A DNA stretch of 20,279 nucleotides from positions 1 through 20,279 of the forward strand of contig JAVHPP010000022.1 in assembly GCA_036170655.1 (NCBI GenBank), read 5' to 3'. The notes under the pieces are model-generated. The model was not told the origin of the DNA. It saw only the letters and a list, made by a program, of their open reading frames with translations, and ran no database searches. The position numbers and the translations under genes were made by a program. Below are positions 7,735-18,142 of the stretch, piece by piece. This DNA is from Candidatus Zixiibacteriota bacterium. GTDB taxonomy: Bacteria; Zixibacteria; MSB-5A5; WJJR01. The stretch's first letter is position 1. Every line of letters starts with the position of its first letter.

Positions 7735-9267
7735 GTGAAGTGTCGGCGGAATCTCGGACACGTGACCGCAGTGATTGGGCTGTTGGCTTTCAATTATTGG
7801 CTGGCCGTTCCGGCGCGGGCAACGGAGGCGAAAGTTTTCGAGCAGAGCGTCCTCAAGAGCCGCCTTAGTGAGGAGGAGAAGTTGTACTACGCCGCCGTCT
7901 GGACGTCACTCGGCTTTTTCCAGGGGACCGATGAGGCACGGGCGATGCTGGCCCCGCTCGACATCGTCACGCAGAGGCGCGAGATCGATTCGATCATCAA
8001 CGTCCTCTTCCTCCCGCTGGACTCCGATCCAATTACACCGGGCAATACGTTCCTCGAAGGCCTGGCCGATAAGATTGACTTCGCCGAGCATCGCGGCTTT
8101 GTGCACACCCCAGGAGCGTTTCTGACGGATTCCTTTGACGACATTGGTATTCTGATCCTCCTGAACGGCCTTCCCTTGTCGGCCGATGTCATCGAAACAG
8201 CGCCCATACTCTGCGGGCCCCGTTTGCTCTTTTCCGTTCCGGAATACCACATTGCATGGCAGCCGGCGGATGACTACATGTTCCAGGAGGATTGCTCTGG
8301 ATACTGGCGGATTTGCGGCGAGCGAGCCATCCAGAAGTTCAACGAAGAACTGATTGGCGGGGTGGCGGAGTTCGATCCTGATGAGCCGCTGAATGAGCGC
8401 TCCGTCCTGGCAAGGCCCGTAGCGCTGCGAGACACGTCAGATTGGGAGTCCGGCTGGGTTGTAATGAACGTGGGACTGAGGACGAAAGACTTCACCCGAG
8501 ACTCGAGCGGCTGGAAACGAATTCGCGTGCGCGGGGCTTTAACCGTCCTGCCGACCGGCGACACCAAGCCGATCGTGTCCGATTCCACGTGCATGGACAT
8601 CGATCTCGGCCGCGAGAAGCCGGGCCGCGACGACCTTGTTGTCCAACAGAGGGTGAAGAAAGTCCCGCGCGGAGACGGTGAGCGGCGCGTCCGTGGGTAT
8701 GTTCTCGGCGTCGATCTTGTCAACTCCAAGGACCGTCATTGGAAGAAGTCGATTCCCTTTCCCATTGGCTGGTCCGATGACAGTGTCACAGTCGCCTACG
8801 GCTGGCTGCTGAACGACCAAGCGGTTGATCCGGCCTGCCTCGGCGGGAGACCGCCGCTGATTCACGATGTGATACGGCAGAGCGACAGCCTGTTTCTCTT
8901 CTTCCAGTTGACGGGTGCCGGTGCGGACCTGACGGGACGGTTTCGCACCCATATCCGGCTGCGTTTCATACGACAGGAAACGCGTGCCGAGGAAGTGACA
9001 TTCAGCAGGCTCTACCGTCTGGGGACAGAGCCGCTAACGCGCGGGGGGGCCGCTGAAGTGTCGGCGGCGACAGTCTTGGGGATGGTCGAGACCGCATCGG
9101 CGAACAGCAATGTCACTTTTGGCACGATGGTCCCCAAGGTGGCCAAGGGAACATACAAGATTGTCGCGGAGTGCCACCGCAGTGTGGGTGTTGATCCCCG
9201 GCCGTTTGAGTTGGTGATCTTCGACAACATTCGCATCCGGCCAGCAGCGGTCCAAGCCGCGAAGTAG
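7735..9267 (+). CDS. Exported protein, divergent GWxTD-domain-like (paralog 1)
   Basis: GGGAGG RBS with GTG start and a signal peptide ending VPARA. The segment LDSDPITPGNTF...KIDFA...DDIGILILLNGLP...YMFQEDCSGYWRI resembles the GWxTD pattern (DPxPxTxxNEF...RIxYA...TDRGxIYIxYGxP...FxFxDxxGxYxL) but lacks the GWxTD motif. Match made by eye. Confidence 0.6.
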   Translation: MKCRRNLGHVTAVIGLLAFNYWLAVPARATEAKVFEQSVLKSRLSEEEKLYYAAVWTSLGFFQGTDEARAMLAPLDIVTQRREIDSIINVLFLPLDSDPITPGNTFLEGLADKIDFAEHRGFVHTPGAFLTDSFDDIGILILLNGLPLSADVIETAPILCGPRLLFSVPEYHIAWQPADDYMFQEDCSGYWRICGERAIQKFNEELIGGVAEFDPDEPLNERSVLARPVALRDTSDWESGWVVMNVGLRTKDFTRDSSGWKRIRVRGALTVLPTGDTKPIVSDSTCMDIDLGREKPGRDDLVVQQRVKKVPRGDGERRVRGYVLGVDLVNSKDRHWKKSIPFPIGWSDDSVTVAYGWLLNDQAVDPACLGGRPPLIHDVIRQSDSLFLFFQLTGAGADLTGRFRTHIRLRFIRQETRAEEVTFSRLYRLGTEPLTRGGAAEVSAATVLGMVETASANSNVTFGTMVPKVAKGTYKIVAECHRSVGVDPRPFELVIFDNIRIRPAAVQAAK

Positions 9268-9273
9268 GGGACA

Positions 9274-10917
9274 ATGGACGATACTTCGCCTCACCGCCGT
9301 GCCGGGCAAAGCGCGCATTTCCAGGGCCTCACAGTTTGGATGCCCACAGTTGCACTGGCTGTGACCATTGGGGCATGTGCGTTGTCCTCATCCCGCTTTG
9401 AACAGAGTGTCCTCCATGGCAAACTGACCGACGCGGAGAAGGAGTACTACGCCGCCGTGTGGACATCGCTTGGTTTCTACCGCCAGCCGGACAAGATGCG
9501 TGCGTTGCTTGAGCCGTATGATGTGACCGAACAGCGGCGGCAGGCGGACTCGGCGATCCGGGCGCTCTTTCTCCCCCTGGATACCGACCCGATTCGCCCT
9601 GGCAACTCTTTCCTCGACGATCTCCAGAAGAAGATTGAGTTCACACGGGGCCGCGGCTTTCTCCATCCGGGGCAGTCGTCGCTGGAACAGTATTTTGATG
9701 AGTTGGGATTTCTGATTCTTCTCAATGGCATTCCGCACACGATCTTTGTGGAGCAGAATACTCCCGTGATTTGCGAGACGCTTTGTGTAGGTCTCATTAA
9801 CTGTCTCGTGCCCACGTACTACGTTTCGTGGACAGGCGAGGACTTCATATTTCAGGAAGACTGCTTTGGATACTGGCGTCTGATCAGCACGGAGACATTG
9901 CGTGACCGTTTTGCGCATGAAGACAACCGCGTGCGGCGTGAAAAGGCGTTTGCTCTACAGAAGTTCGATGAGCAGTTGATCGCAGGGGTTGCGGCCTTCG
10001 ACTCGGACAAACCCCTCACCGACAAATCTGCCTGCGCCCAAGCGGTCTCGATACTGGATACAACTGACTGGCGGACAGAGTGGCTGGTCATCAACTTGGG
10101 ACTGCGGGTCAGGGACTTTCGGGTTCGTACGGACAGTGGCAGCGGATTCCATGCCGCGGGCAGAATAACAGTCACACCCTTGGATGCAGCTGAACCGGTT
10201 GTTCAGGATTCACTCGCGCTCGATCGTGATCTGGGAGGCGCTGCTGACGGCGATGACGATCTTCTCGCCATTCAGAGAATCAAGCGGCGCTGGCGTACTG
10301 ACACGGACAGCGTGGTCCGCCACGCGTTTGTGCTCGGCGTTGACATCGTCAACGGGAAGAATCGTCACTGGAAAAAGGCGATCCGTTTCACCGTGCCACA
10401 GGCAGAGGACACGGCAAGGGTTGCCTACGGCTGGTTGCTGAATGGTGCGGTCGAAGATCCTGCCTACTTGGGTGGACGCCCTCCGCTGATCCCCAGTGTT
10501 GTGCATGTCGGCGACACCATTCACCTATTCTTCCAGCTCACGGACGTCAGGGCCGATGCGGGAGGACGGTACCGGATGCATGTTCACCTGCGTTTCATTC
10601 GTGAAATGGAGCGCGCCGACACAGTTAGCGTGGGTGAGCTCACAGTGGTGGGGCCACACCCAAAGCCAATGGGCAAACCGGAGTTGCCGGCCGGACCTCC
10701 TGCGAGCATCGCGACAGTTGAGATCTTGGGGCCAAATGGCAATGCGACCCTCGCTATGCCGGTGCCACGCTGTTCCAAGGGACTTTACAAGATTGTTGGC
10801 GACTGCTATCAAGCTGCGGGAGACGCGGACCGTCCCTACGCCATGATCGTTTTTGACAACATATTGGTGCAAAAGAAGATAAAGACATTGTCGCCGAATG
10901 TATCAGTTCCTCGGTAG
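9274..10917 (+). CDS. Probable lipoprotein, divergent GWxTD-domain-like (paralog 2)
   Basis: Starts 6 nt after paralog 1 and has a lipobox-like VALAVTIGAC. Collinear shared blocks with paralog 1 include FEQSVL, YYAAVWTSLGF, LFLPLD, LILLNG, FQEDCxGYWR, RHWKK, VAYGWLLN, LGGRPPLI, LFFQLT and FDNI. Confidence 0.6.
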   Translation: MDDTSPHRRAGQSAHFQGLTVWMPTVALAVTIGACALSSSRFEQSVLHGKLTDAEKEYYAAVWTSLGFYRQPDKMRALLEPYDVTEQRRQADSAIRALFLPLDTDPIRPGNSFLDDLQKKIEFTRGRGFLHPGQSSLEQYFDELGFLILLNGIPHTIFVEQNTPVICETLCVGLINCLVPTYYVSWTGEDFIFQEDCFGYWRLISTETLRDRFAHEDNRVRREKAFALQKFDEQLIAGVAAFDSDKPLTDKSACAQAVSILDTTDWRTEWLVINLGLRVRDFRVRTDSGSGFHAAGRITVTPLDAAEPVVQDSLALDRDLGGAADGDDDLLAIQRIKRRWRTDTDSVVRHAFVLGVDIVNGKNRHWKKAIRFTVPQAEDTARVAYGWLLNGAVEDPAYLGGRPPLIPSVVHVGDTIHLFFQLTDVRADAGGRYRMHVHLRFIREMERADTVSVGELTVVGPHPKPMGKPELPAGPPASIATVEILGPNGNATLAMPVPRCSKGLYKIVGDCYQAAGDADRPYAMIVFDNILVQKKIKTLSPNVSVPR

Positions 10918-10999
10918 CGATGAGCTGAAGCCATCACCGATATGCGGAATGTCATGGTTTGGGTGATTTCCGCGTGACCGCCGAATCGGGCGAAAGTCC

Positions 11000-11029
11000 T
11001 TGCCAAAAGCACCAATCTGATTGTATAAT
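11000..11029 (+). promoter_or_regulatory. sigma70-type promoter for dciA-gyrB
   Basis: TTGCCA (11000-11005), 18-bp spacer, perfect TATAAT (11024-11029). Confidence 0.7.
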
Positions 11030-11071
11030 AAAAGGTTATGGGGATCGTCAGGAGATCCCCGGGGGCGCTTT

Positions 11072-13467
<2,396 letters not shown>

Positions 13468-13497
13468 CAGGACGCGTCTGCTCCTCTCGCTCGCGTT

Positions 13498-14367
13498 CTA
13501 AACGGCGGATCCTGAAGACCGGCAGACCAGAATAATCCCCGGCGTCAGAATCAGTCCGGTCAAGTGGCTCGCTACAAGCGACAACTCGTAGTACAGCCGC
13601 GTCTTCACAATCGCGGTTTTCTTTCCCTTTTCGTTGAGGACTACGCGCTCGATCTGGTAGCCGGTGTCGGTGAGGAGATGCTGAATGCCCGTGAAGCTGA
13701 AGTTGTACTTGACGTCGCCGAACAAGTCGCACGGGATAGGCCGGTGGAATAGCCGGAGCAGGTTGAACACCGGTGTCCGGTTGGCGATGCGGATGATCAA
13801 GGTGCCGTCAGGCGCGAGGTGGGGGCGCAACTCTCGCAGAAGACCGGCGGGCTGTTCGACATAGTAAAGGCTGTCGATGACGGTGATGACGTCACAGGCG
13901 GTTCCATCTGGAATCTCGGCTGCCGTCTTGAATGCGTCACAGCCTTTTTCGTGCAATCGGTTGCGCAGCCAGTCCACGATTTCGATTCCCGCACATTCGG
14001 CGCCCTGCTGCCTGTAGAGATCGAGGAGATATCCGTAAGCGGCGCCGACATCGAGGACGCGCGTGGCACGCTGGCGCACCGGGCCGTGTTTGGACGCGAG
14101 GCGGATGATGCGCGCAAAGAACCCGATGCGGGACGCGCGCACGCGACTCTCTGTTTCAGGGACCGTGTAGCTGGTGACGTCAAAATGCGCGCGGACCGAA
14201 GGGTCGTCGTAATTCACGCCCCGAAAAAACGTGCCGCAATGGATGCATTTCCAGATGGTGTCGGGAAGCGTCCCGCCCGGAATGTAGAGCGTCGAATCGC
14301 AGACACGGGAGACCCGGTCACTGCGGCAGGCCCCACACAATGGATTTGGCATGGACGAGGAGTTCAT
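13498..14367 (-). CDS. Class I SAM-dependent methyltransferase with N-terminal CxxC/CxxC
   Basis: CGAC...CIHCG, motif I VLDVGAAYG, GIE, DVITVIDSLYYVEQP and LAPDGTLII. Confidence 0.85.
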   Translation of the reverse strand: MNSSSMPNPLCGACRSDRVSRVCDSTLYIPGGTLPDTIWKCIHCGTFFRGVNYDDPSVRAHFDVTSYTVPETESRVRASRIGFFARIIRLASKHGPVRQRATRVLDVGAAYGYLLDLYRQQGAECAGIEIVDWLRNRLHEKGCDAFKTAAEIPDGTACDVITVIDSLYYVEQPAGLLRELRPHLAPDGTLIIRIANRTPVFNLLRLFHRPIPCDLFGDVKYNFSFTGIQHLLTDTGYQIERVVLNEKGKKTAIVKTRLYYELSLVASHLTGLILTPGIILVCRSSGSAV

Positions 14368-14403
14368 CTCGTAGGGAATCGAATAGCAGAATCGGGCGTG
14401 TTC

Positions 14404-15714
14404 TCAAGCGGAATCGCTCTCGATCCTGCGGACGCGCAGCAGCCGTACTCGTCTCCCTTCACGCGAAGCCACCTCCAGTCGAATGCCGTCCAGTTCGAGG
14501 TGATCGCCACGTCGGGGGATGCGGTCGAGCGTGAGCGAAAGGAGACCCGCGAGGGTGTCGGCGCGGTGCTCCGGGAGATGAGCGCCGAAGCGCTCGTTGA
14601 AATCGATAATCGACAGTTGGCCAGACACCAGCGCGGTGCCGTCGGGAAGCTGCTGGAAGTCGGCGGGCTCGGCGTCGTACTCGTCTTGAATTTCCCCGAC
14701 GATTTCCTCGAGAATGTCCTCGAGCGTCAGGAGACCTGCGGTGCCCCCGAACTCATCCAAGACAATAGCCATGTGCCGTCGTTCGGCTTGGAAGCGTGCC
14801 AGCACTTTCACGATCGGCATCGAGTCGGGAACGAACATCACGGGACGAACGAGGTCGGTCAGAATGACCGGGCTGCCCTCAATCAGAAGATGAATGATGT
14901 CCTTTGTATAAACGGCGCCTTTGATCTGGTCGATTGTCTCCTCGTACGCCGGGTAGCGGGAGTAACCCTCCTCGCGGATCATGCGCAATGTTGTCTCCAT
15001 GCCGGCGGTGAGTTCGATCGCGGCGATGTCGGGGCGCGGGGTCATGACCTGTCGTGCCGTGGTGTCGGAGAAGTCGAGCGCTTGGTGAATCAAATCGTGC
15101 TCTGTGGGATGGATCGAGCCGTGCAGCCGTCCTTCGAGGACGAGCTGACGAATCTCCTGATCAGAGACCGGCAACTCGTGCTCCTCGGGTCGGATACCCG
15201 CAAGACGGGCGAGGGCACGGGAGACTCCCATGAGGAGCGCCACGACGGGATACCCGATCTTTGACAGCCAGTCGATGAGACGCGACACGCGCAGCGCCGT
15301 CCGCCCGGGCCGTGCCAGAGCGATGTACTTCGGCGCCAGCTCACCCACAACTAGACTGGCGAAGGCGATGAGCACGACGACCAGGGCGATCGCAATCTGC
15401 TCGGACCAGCGCTGGGCGAACGTCCCCGGGAGCGCCGCGATCACCGGGATCAGCGTCTGGACCACGGTCGCGCCGGACACCACCGATGCCATCGTGCCGA
15501 CCAGCGTGACCCCGAGTTGGACGGTGGCGAGAAAACGGTCGGGGGCATCTTTCAGTTTCTTGAGCGCGCGTCCGGCTGCGCCCCCACGGGCGGCGAGCTC
15601 ATTGACATGCGATCGGCGGACCGCGATCAAGGCGGCCTCGGCGCCGGCGAAGAAGCCGTTGATCAGGATGAGAATCCCGATCAGCAACGTCTCACCGATG
15701 ACGCTCTTCAGCAT
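14404..15714 (-). CDS. Hemolysin-family / CNNM-CBS-CorC domain membrane protein
   Basis: NGFFAGAEAAL, FLATVQLGVT, VVGELAPK, CBS pair (VMTPRPDI, YSRYP, DEFGGTAGLLTLEDILEEIVGEIQDEYD) and CorC C-terminal domain. Confidence 0.95.
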   Translation of the reverse strand: MLKSVIGETLLIGILILINGFFAGAEAALIAVRRSHVNELAARGGAAGRALKKLKDAPDRFLATVQLGVTLVGTMASVVSGATVVQTLIPVIAALPGTFAQRWSEQIAIALVVVLIAFASLVVGELAPKYIALARPGRTALRVSRLIDWLSKIGYPVVALLMGVSRALARLAGIRPEEHELPVSDQEIRQLVLEGRLHGSIHPTEHDLIHQALDFSDTTARQVMTPRPDIAAIELTAGMETTLRMIREEGYSRYPAYEETIDQIKGAVYTKDIIHLLIEGSPVILTDLVRPVMFVPDSMPIVKVLARFQAERRHMAIVLDEFGGTAGLLTLEDILEEIVGEIQDEYDAEPADFQQLPDGTALVSGQLSIIDFNERFGAHLPEHRADTLAGLLSLTLDRIPRRGDHLELDGIRLEVASREGRRVRLLRVRRIESDSA

Positions 15715-15739
15715 ACCGCTATACTCCGGCTGCCAGCGA

Positions 15740-15846
15740 GTAGGGTGGGTGCTCTACACCCATCCTGAGGTTTATTTGAGTGGCGGTTCACATCAATTCC
15801 TTGCGTCACGCGACGCAAAGTGGTGGGTGCGGAGCACCCACCCTAC
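15740..15846. repeat. GTAG-family REP inverted doublet (REPIN)
   Basis: GTAGGGTGGGTGCTCTACACCCATCC (15740-15765) and an inverted copy ending at 15846 (reverse complement GTAGGGTGGGTGCTCCGCACCCACC). An internal palindrome TTGCGTC-ACGC-GACGCAA lies at 15801-15818. Confidence 0.85.
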
Positions 15847-15893
15847 GATTCCGTCGTGCGGGTTATTCCGATAGCCCTGCGCAGATCCAGCCA

Positions 15894-16748
15894 TCAACGG
15901 GCATAGGTCATCTGTTCCAGCCGTGCGATCCGCTCTTCAATCGGCGGGTGGGTTGAGAACAGGGACGCAAACGACTGCCCCGTCAGCGGATTCATGATGA
16001 ACATGTGCGCGGTGGCCGGGTTGGCTGCCAGCGGACGGCGCTGGACACCCGTGTGGAGCTTGCGCAGAGCGCTGGCCAGCGCTTGGGGTTTCCCGCAGAT
16101 CTTGGCGCCGGTGGCGTCGGCCGCATACTCCCGCGAGCGCGAGATCGCCATCTGGATAATCATGGCAGCCAGCGGCGCCACGATGGCCATGACGAGGATG
16201 CCGATGAGACCGCCGCCGCCTTCGCGATCATTCCGGCTGCCATACCCGCCGAACATGGCGCCCCACTGGGCCATGCTTGCCAGCATCGCGATCGCGCCGG
16301 CGATTGTCGCCGCTATGGTCGAGGTCAAGATATCCCGGTTCTTGACATGGGCCAACTCGTGCGACAGCACCCCCTCGAGCTCGTCTGGGGTCAGCAAATC
16401 CAGGATTCCCTCGGTCACCGCGACGGCCGCGTGTTGCGGATTTCGTCCCGTGGCAAAAGCGTTCGGCGAGCCGCTGGGGATGATATAGACGCGCGGCATG
16501 GGCAGACCGGCCTGCTGCGCGTTGAGACGCACCAATTGCACCAGACGCGGCGCTTCGGTTTCGGTGACCTCCTTGGCTCCATACATGCGCAACACTATCT
16601 TGTCGGAGAACCAGTAGGAGACGAAGTTCATCAATATCGCAAAGACGAAGGCGATGATCATCCCTTGTCGTCCGCCGAGCAACTGCCCGATGACCAGAAA
16701 CAGAACGGTCAATGCGGTCAGCAGAAGCACAGTTTTCATGCCGTTCAC
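15894..16748 (-). CDS. htpX: Zinc metalloprotease HtpX (M48)
   Basis: [15 protein letters not shown] zinc motif, [11 protein letters not shown] and [20 protein letters not shown] with GTG start. Confidence 0.96.
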   Translation of the reverse strand: MNGMKTVLLLTALTVLFLVIGQLLGGRQGMIIAFVFAILMNFVSYWFSDKIVLRMYGAKEVTETEAPRLVQLVRLNAQQAGLPMPRVYIIPSGSPNAFATGRNPQHAAVAVTEGILDLLTPDELEGVLSHELAHVKNRDILTSTIAATIAGAIAMLASMAQWGAMFGGYGSRNDREGGGGLIGILVMAIVAPLAAMIIQMAISRSREYAADATGAKICGKPQALASALRKLHTGVQRRPLAANPATAHMFIMNPLTGQSFASLFSTHPPIEERIARLEQMTYAR

Positions 16749-17065
16749 TTGATCCTACCTCCTGATTACAATGGCGCCGTCTATGCGGTTGCCACGGTTC
16801 ATGTTAATCAACCACCACCACGCCCGACGGTCAAGAGAGTAACCCCTGTTTTGGGCGCTCCCTGCGGCCACGCTGTCTGGGGAATTCCCGCCGGTGTACA
16901 AAGCGATTATACGCAGAATCGCAACAGATGTAGTGGCAAGGTCGTACGACGGAGTCGTGTTGTGACAGCCGCCCGCCTCCTTTGTCGTAACCAATTACGG
17001 TCCAGCGCCTTGTCTGGCGTCCGTGACGATCTGCTTTTTGGAGGCTCAAAGGCAGGACGGACCGC

Positions 17066-17094
17066 TTGACTCCGCAAATCGCCCGCGCTAAGGT
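17066..17094 (+). promoter_or_regulatory. sigma70-type promoter, probably leaderless transcript
   Basis: TTGACT (17066-17071), 17-bp spacer, TAAGGT (17089-17094), with ATG 17100 only 5 nt downstream and no SD. Confidence 0.55.
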
Positions 17095-17099
17095 GGGCC

Positions 17100-17747
17100 A
17101 TGACAACCCCATCCCGACCGGACGAAGACTTCCCTCCGCTCCCAGCCGAACGCTTTGCGGCATTTCATCGTGAGTTTCAGGGGGACACATGGAACATCTG
17201 CGGACGCTGCGGCGGGGCCTGCGAGATCAACAAGATCGGCAGTCTCATGCCCGGCGAGGCGGAGTACATCGCCGCGTCACGCGGCGAATCGGTTGCCGAC
17301 TTCCGCGCGCGCTATCTGGACGGCATCATCACTCCTTATGGGGTGATCGATGTCTTGAAGCTCAAGCCCGGGTGTCCATTTCTCAGTTGTGATTTTCGCT
17401 GCACAATCAAAGGTGTGAAGGTCGTCCTGTGCGACGTCTATCCCATCGTTTTTGAAGTCGTCGATGGCCGCGCCGAGTTCTCGCTCGATAACTGGTGCCC
17501 GATTGTCCGCCTCGTGCCCGCATTGGCCAAGATCTTCGAGACCAAAGGCATCCCGGCCATTCGCCGCATCGACGCGCCCGCCAACTGGTATCGCGCCGTA
17601 GCCCTGTATGACAATCTGTGTGTGGACTACAACAAGCTGTTCGCGCTGCGTTCGTCCAATCTCGGCTATGCGCGCCTCACGCTGGACCAGGTGCGGCAGT
17701 GCCAGGCGGACAATGCGCCGCCGCCCGGGCTTTCGAAGGATGAATGA
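17100..17747 (+). CDS. YkgJ-like cysteine-cluster (putative Zn/Fe-S) protein
   Basis: CGRCGGAC...CPFLSCDFRCTI...K..LCDVYP...C pattern of the CxxCxxCC family, with a variant first motif. Confidence 0.7.
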   Translation: MTTPSRPDEDFPPLPAERFAAFHREFQGDTWNICGRCGGACEINKIGSLMPGEAEYIAASRGESVADFRARYLDGIITPYGVIDVLKLKPGCPFLSCDFRCTIKGVKVVLCDVYPIVFEVVDGRAEFSLDNWCPIVRLVPALAKIFETKGIPAIRRIDAPANWYRAVALYDNLCVDYNKLFALRSSNLGYARLTLDQVRQCQADNAPPPGLSKDE

Positions 17748-17766
17748 TGAATTATGAATTATGAAA
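17736..17766 (+). repeat. Left heptamer array / inverted repeat of the four-helix-bundle cassette
   Basis: AAGG ATGAATG ATGAATT ATGAATT ATGAAA. Confidence 0.9.
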
Positions 17767-18124
17767 CATTGTGCTTCGACTTCTTTGAAATCGTTGTGAA
17801 GAACGCCAGGAATTGATCGCGTTCATAGCGCAGGTCGGCCAGCTTCGCGTCAGGGACAATCGACGATTCGCACAACAGTTCGAGCCAGTATGCGGTTTCC
17901 TCGAGTTCTTTCAGACAGTCGCCGATTTTGGCGATGAATTCCGGTTTCGACCTCGCCCGATTGGCCTCGCGATAATTGGCGCCAACGGAGGTACCGGAGC
18001 GCAGAGCCTGTTTGCCCAACACCTGCGCTTCGCTTGCCTTTGGCAATACGGAATACATCCGGATCACGCGCAACGCGAATTCCTTCGTCCGAAGCGGCAA
18101 ATCCTTCGGTTTTTCATCATTCAT
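17759..18124 (-). CDS. Four helix bundle protein (23S rRNA IVP / bAvd-like, TIGR02436-type)
   Basis: DLPLRTKEFALRVI...LGKQALRSGTSVGANYREA.RARSKPEFIAKI...KELEETAYWLELL. Confidence 0.93.
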   Translation of the reverse strand: MNDEKPKDLPLRTKEFALRVIRMYSVLPKASEAQVLGKQALRSGTSVGANYREANRARSKPEFIAKIGDCLKELEETAYWLELLCESSIVPDAKLADLRYERDQFLAFFTTISKKSKHNVS

Positions 18125-18142
18125 AATTCATCCTTCATCCTT
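18112..18142 (-). repeat. Right heptamer array / inverted repeat of the four-helix-bundle cassette
   Basis: Reverse complement reads AAGG ATGAAGG ATGAATT ATGAATG ATGAAA, 29/31 identical to the left array. Confidence 0.9.

Noticed and set aside
13819..15264. 481-aa + strand ORF
   Set aside because: Antisense shadow of the methyltransferase and CNNM genes with no recognisable motifs, expected in GC-rich DNA.
16005..17069. 354-aa + strand ORF
   Set aside because: Mostly antisense to htpX, with no motifs.
17759..18124. Diversity-generating retroelement suggested by the Avd-like fold
   Set aside because: No reverse transcriptase and no TR/VR pair with adenine-specific differences in the window.
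17759..18124. 23S rRNA intervening sequence
   Set aside because: No rRNA sequence flanks the gene; both neighbours are protein-coding.
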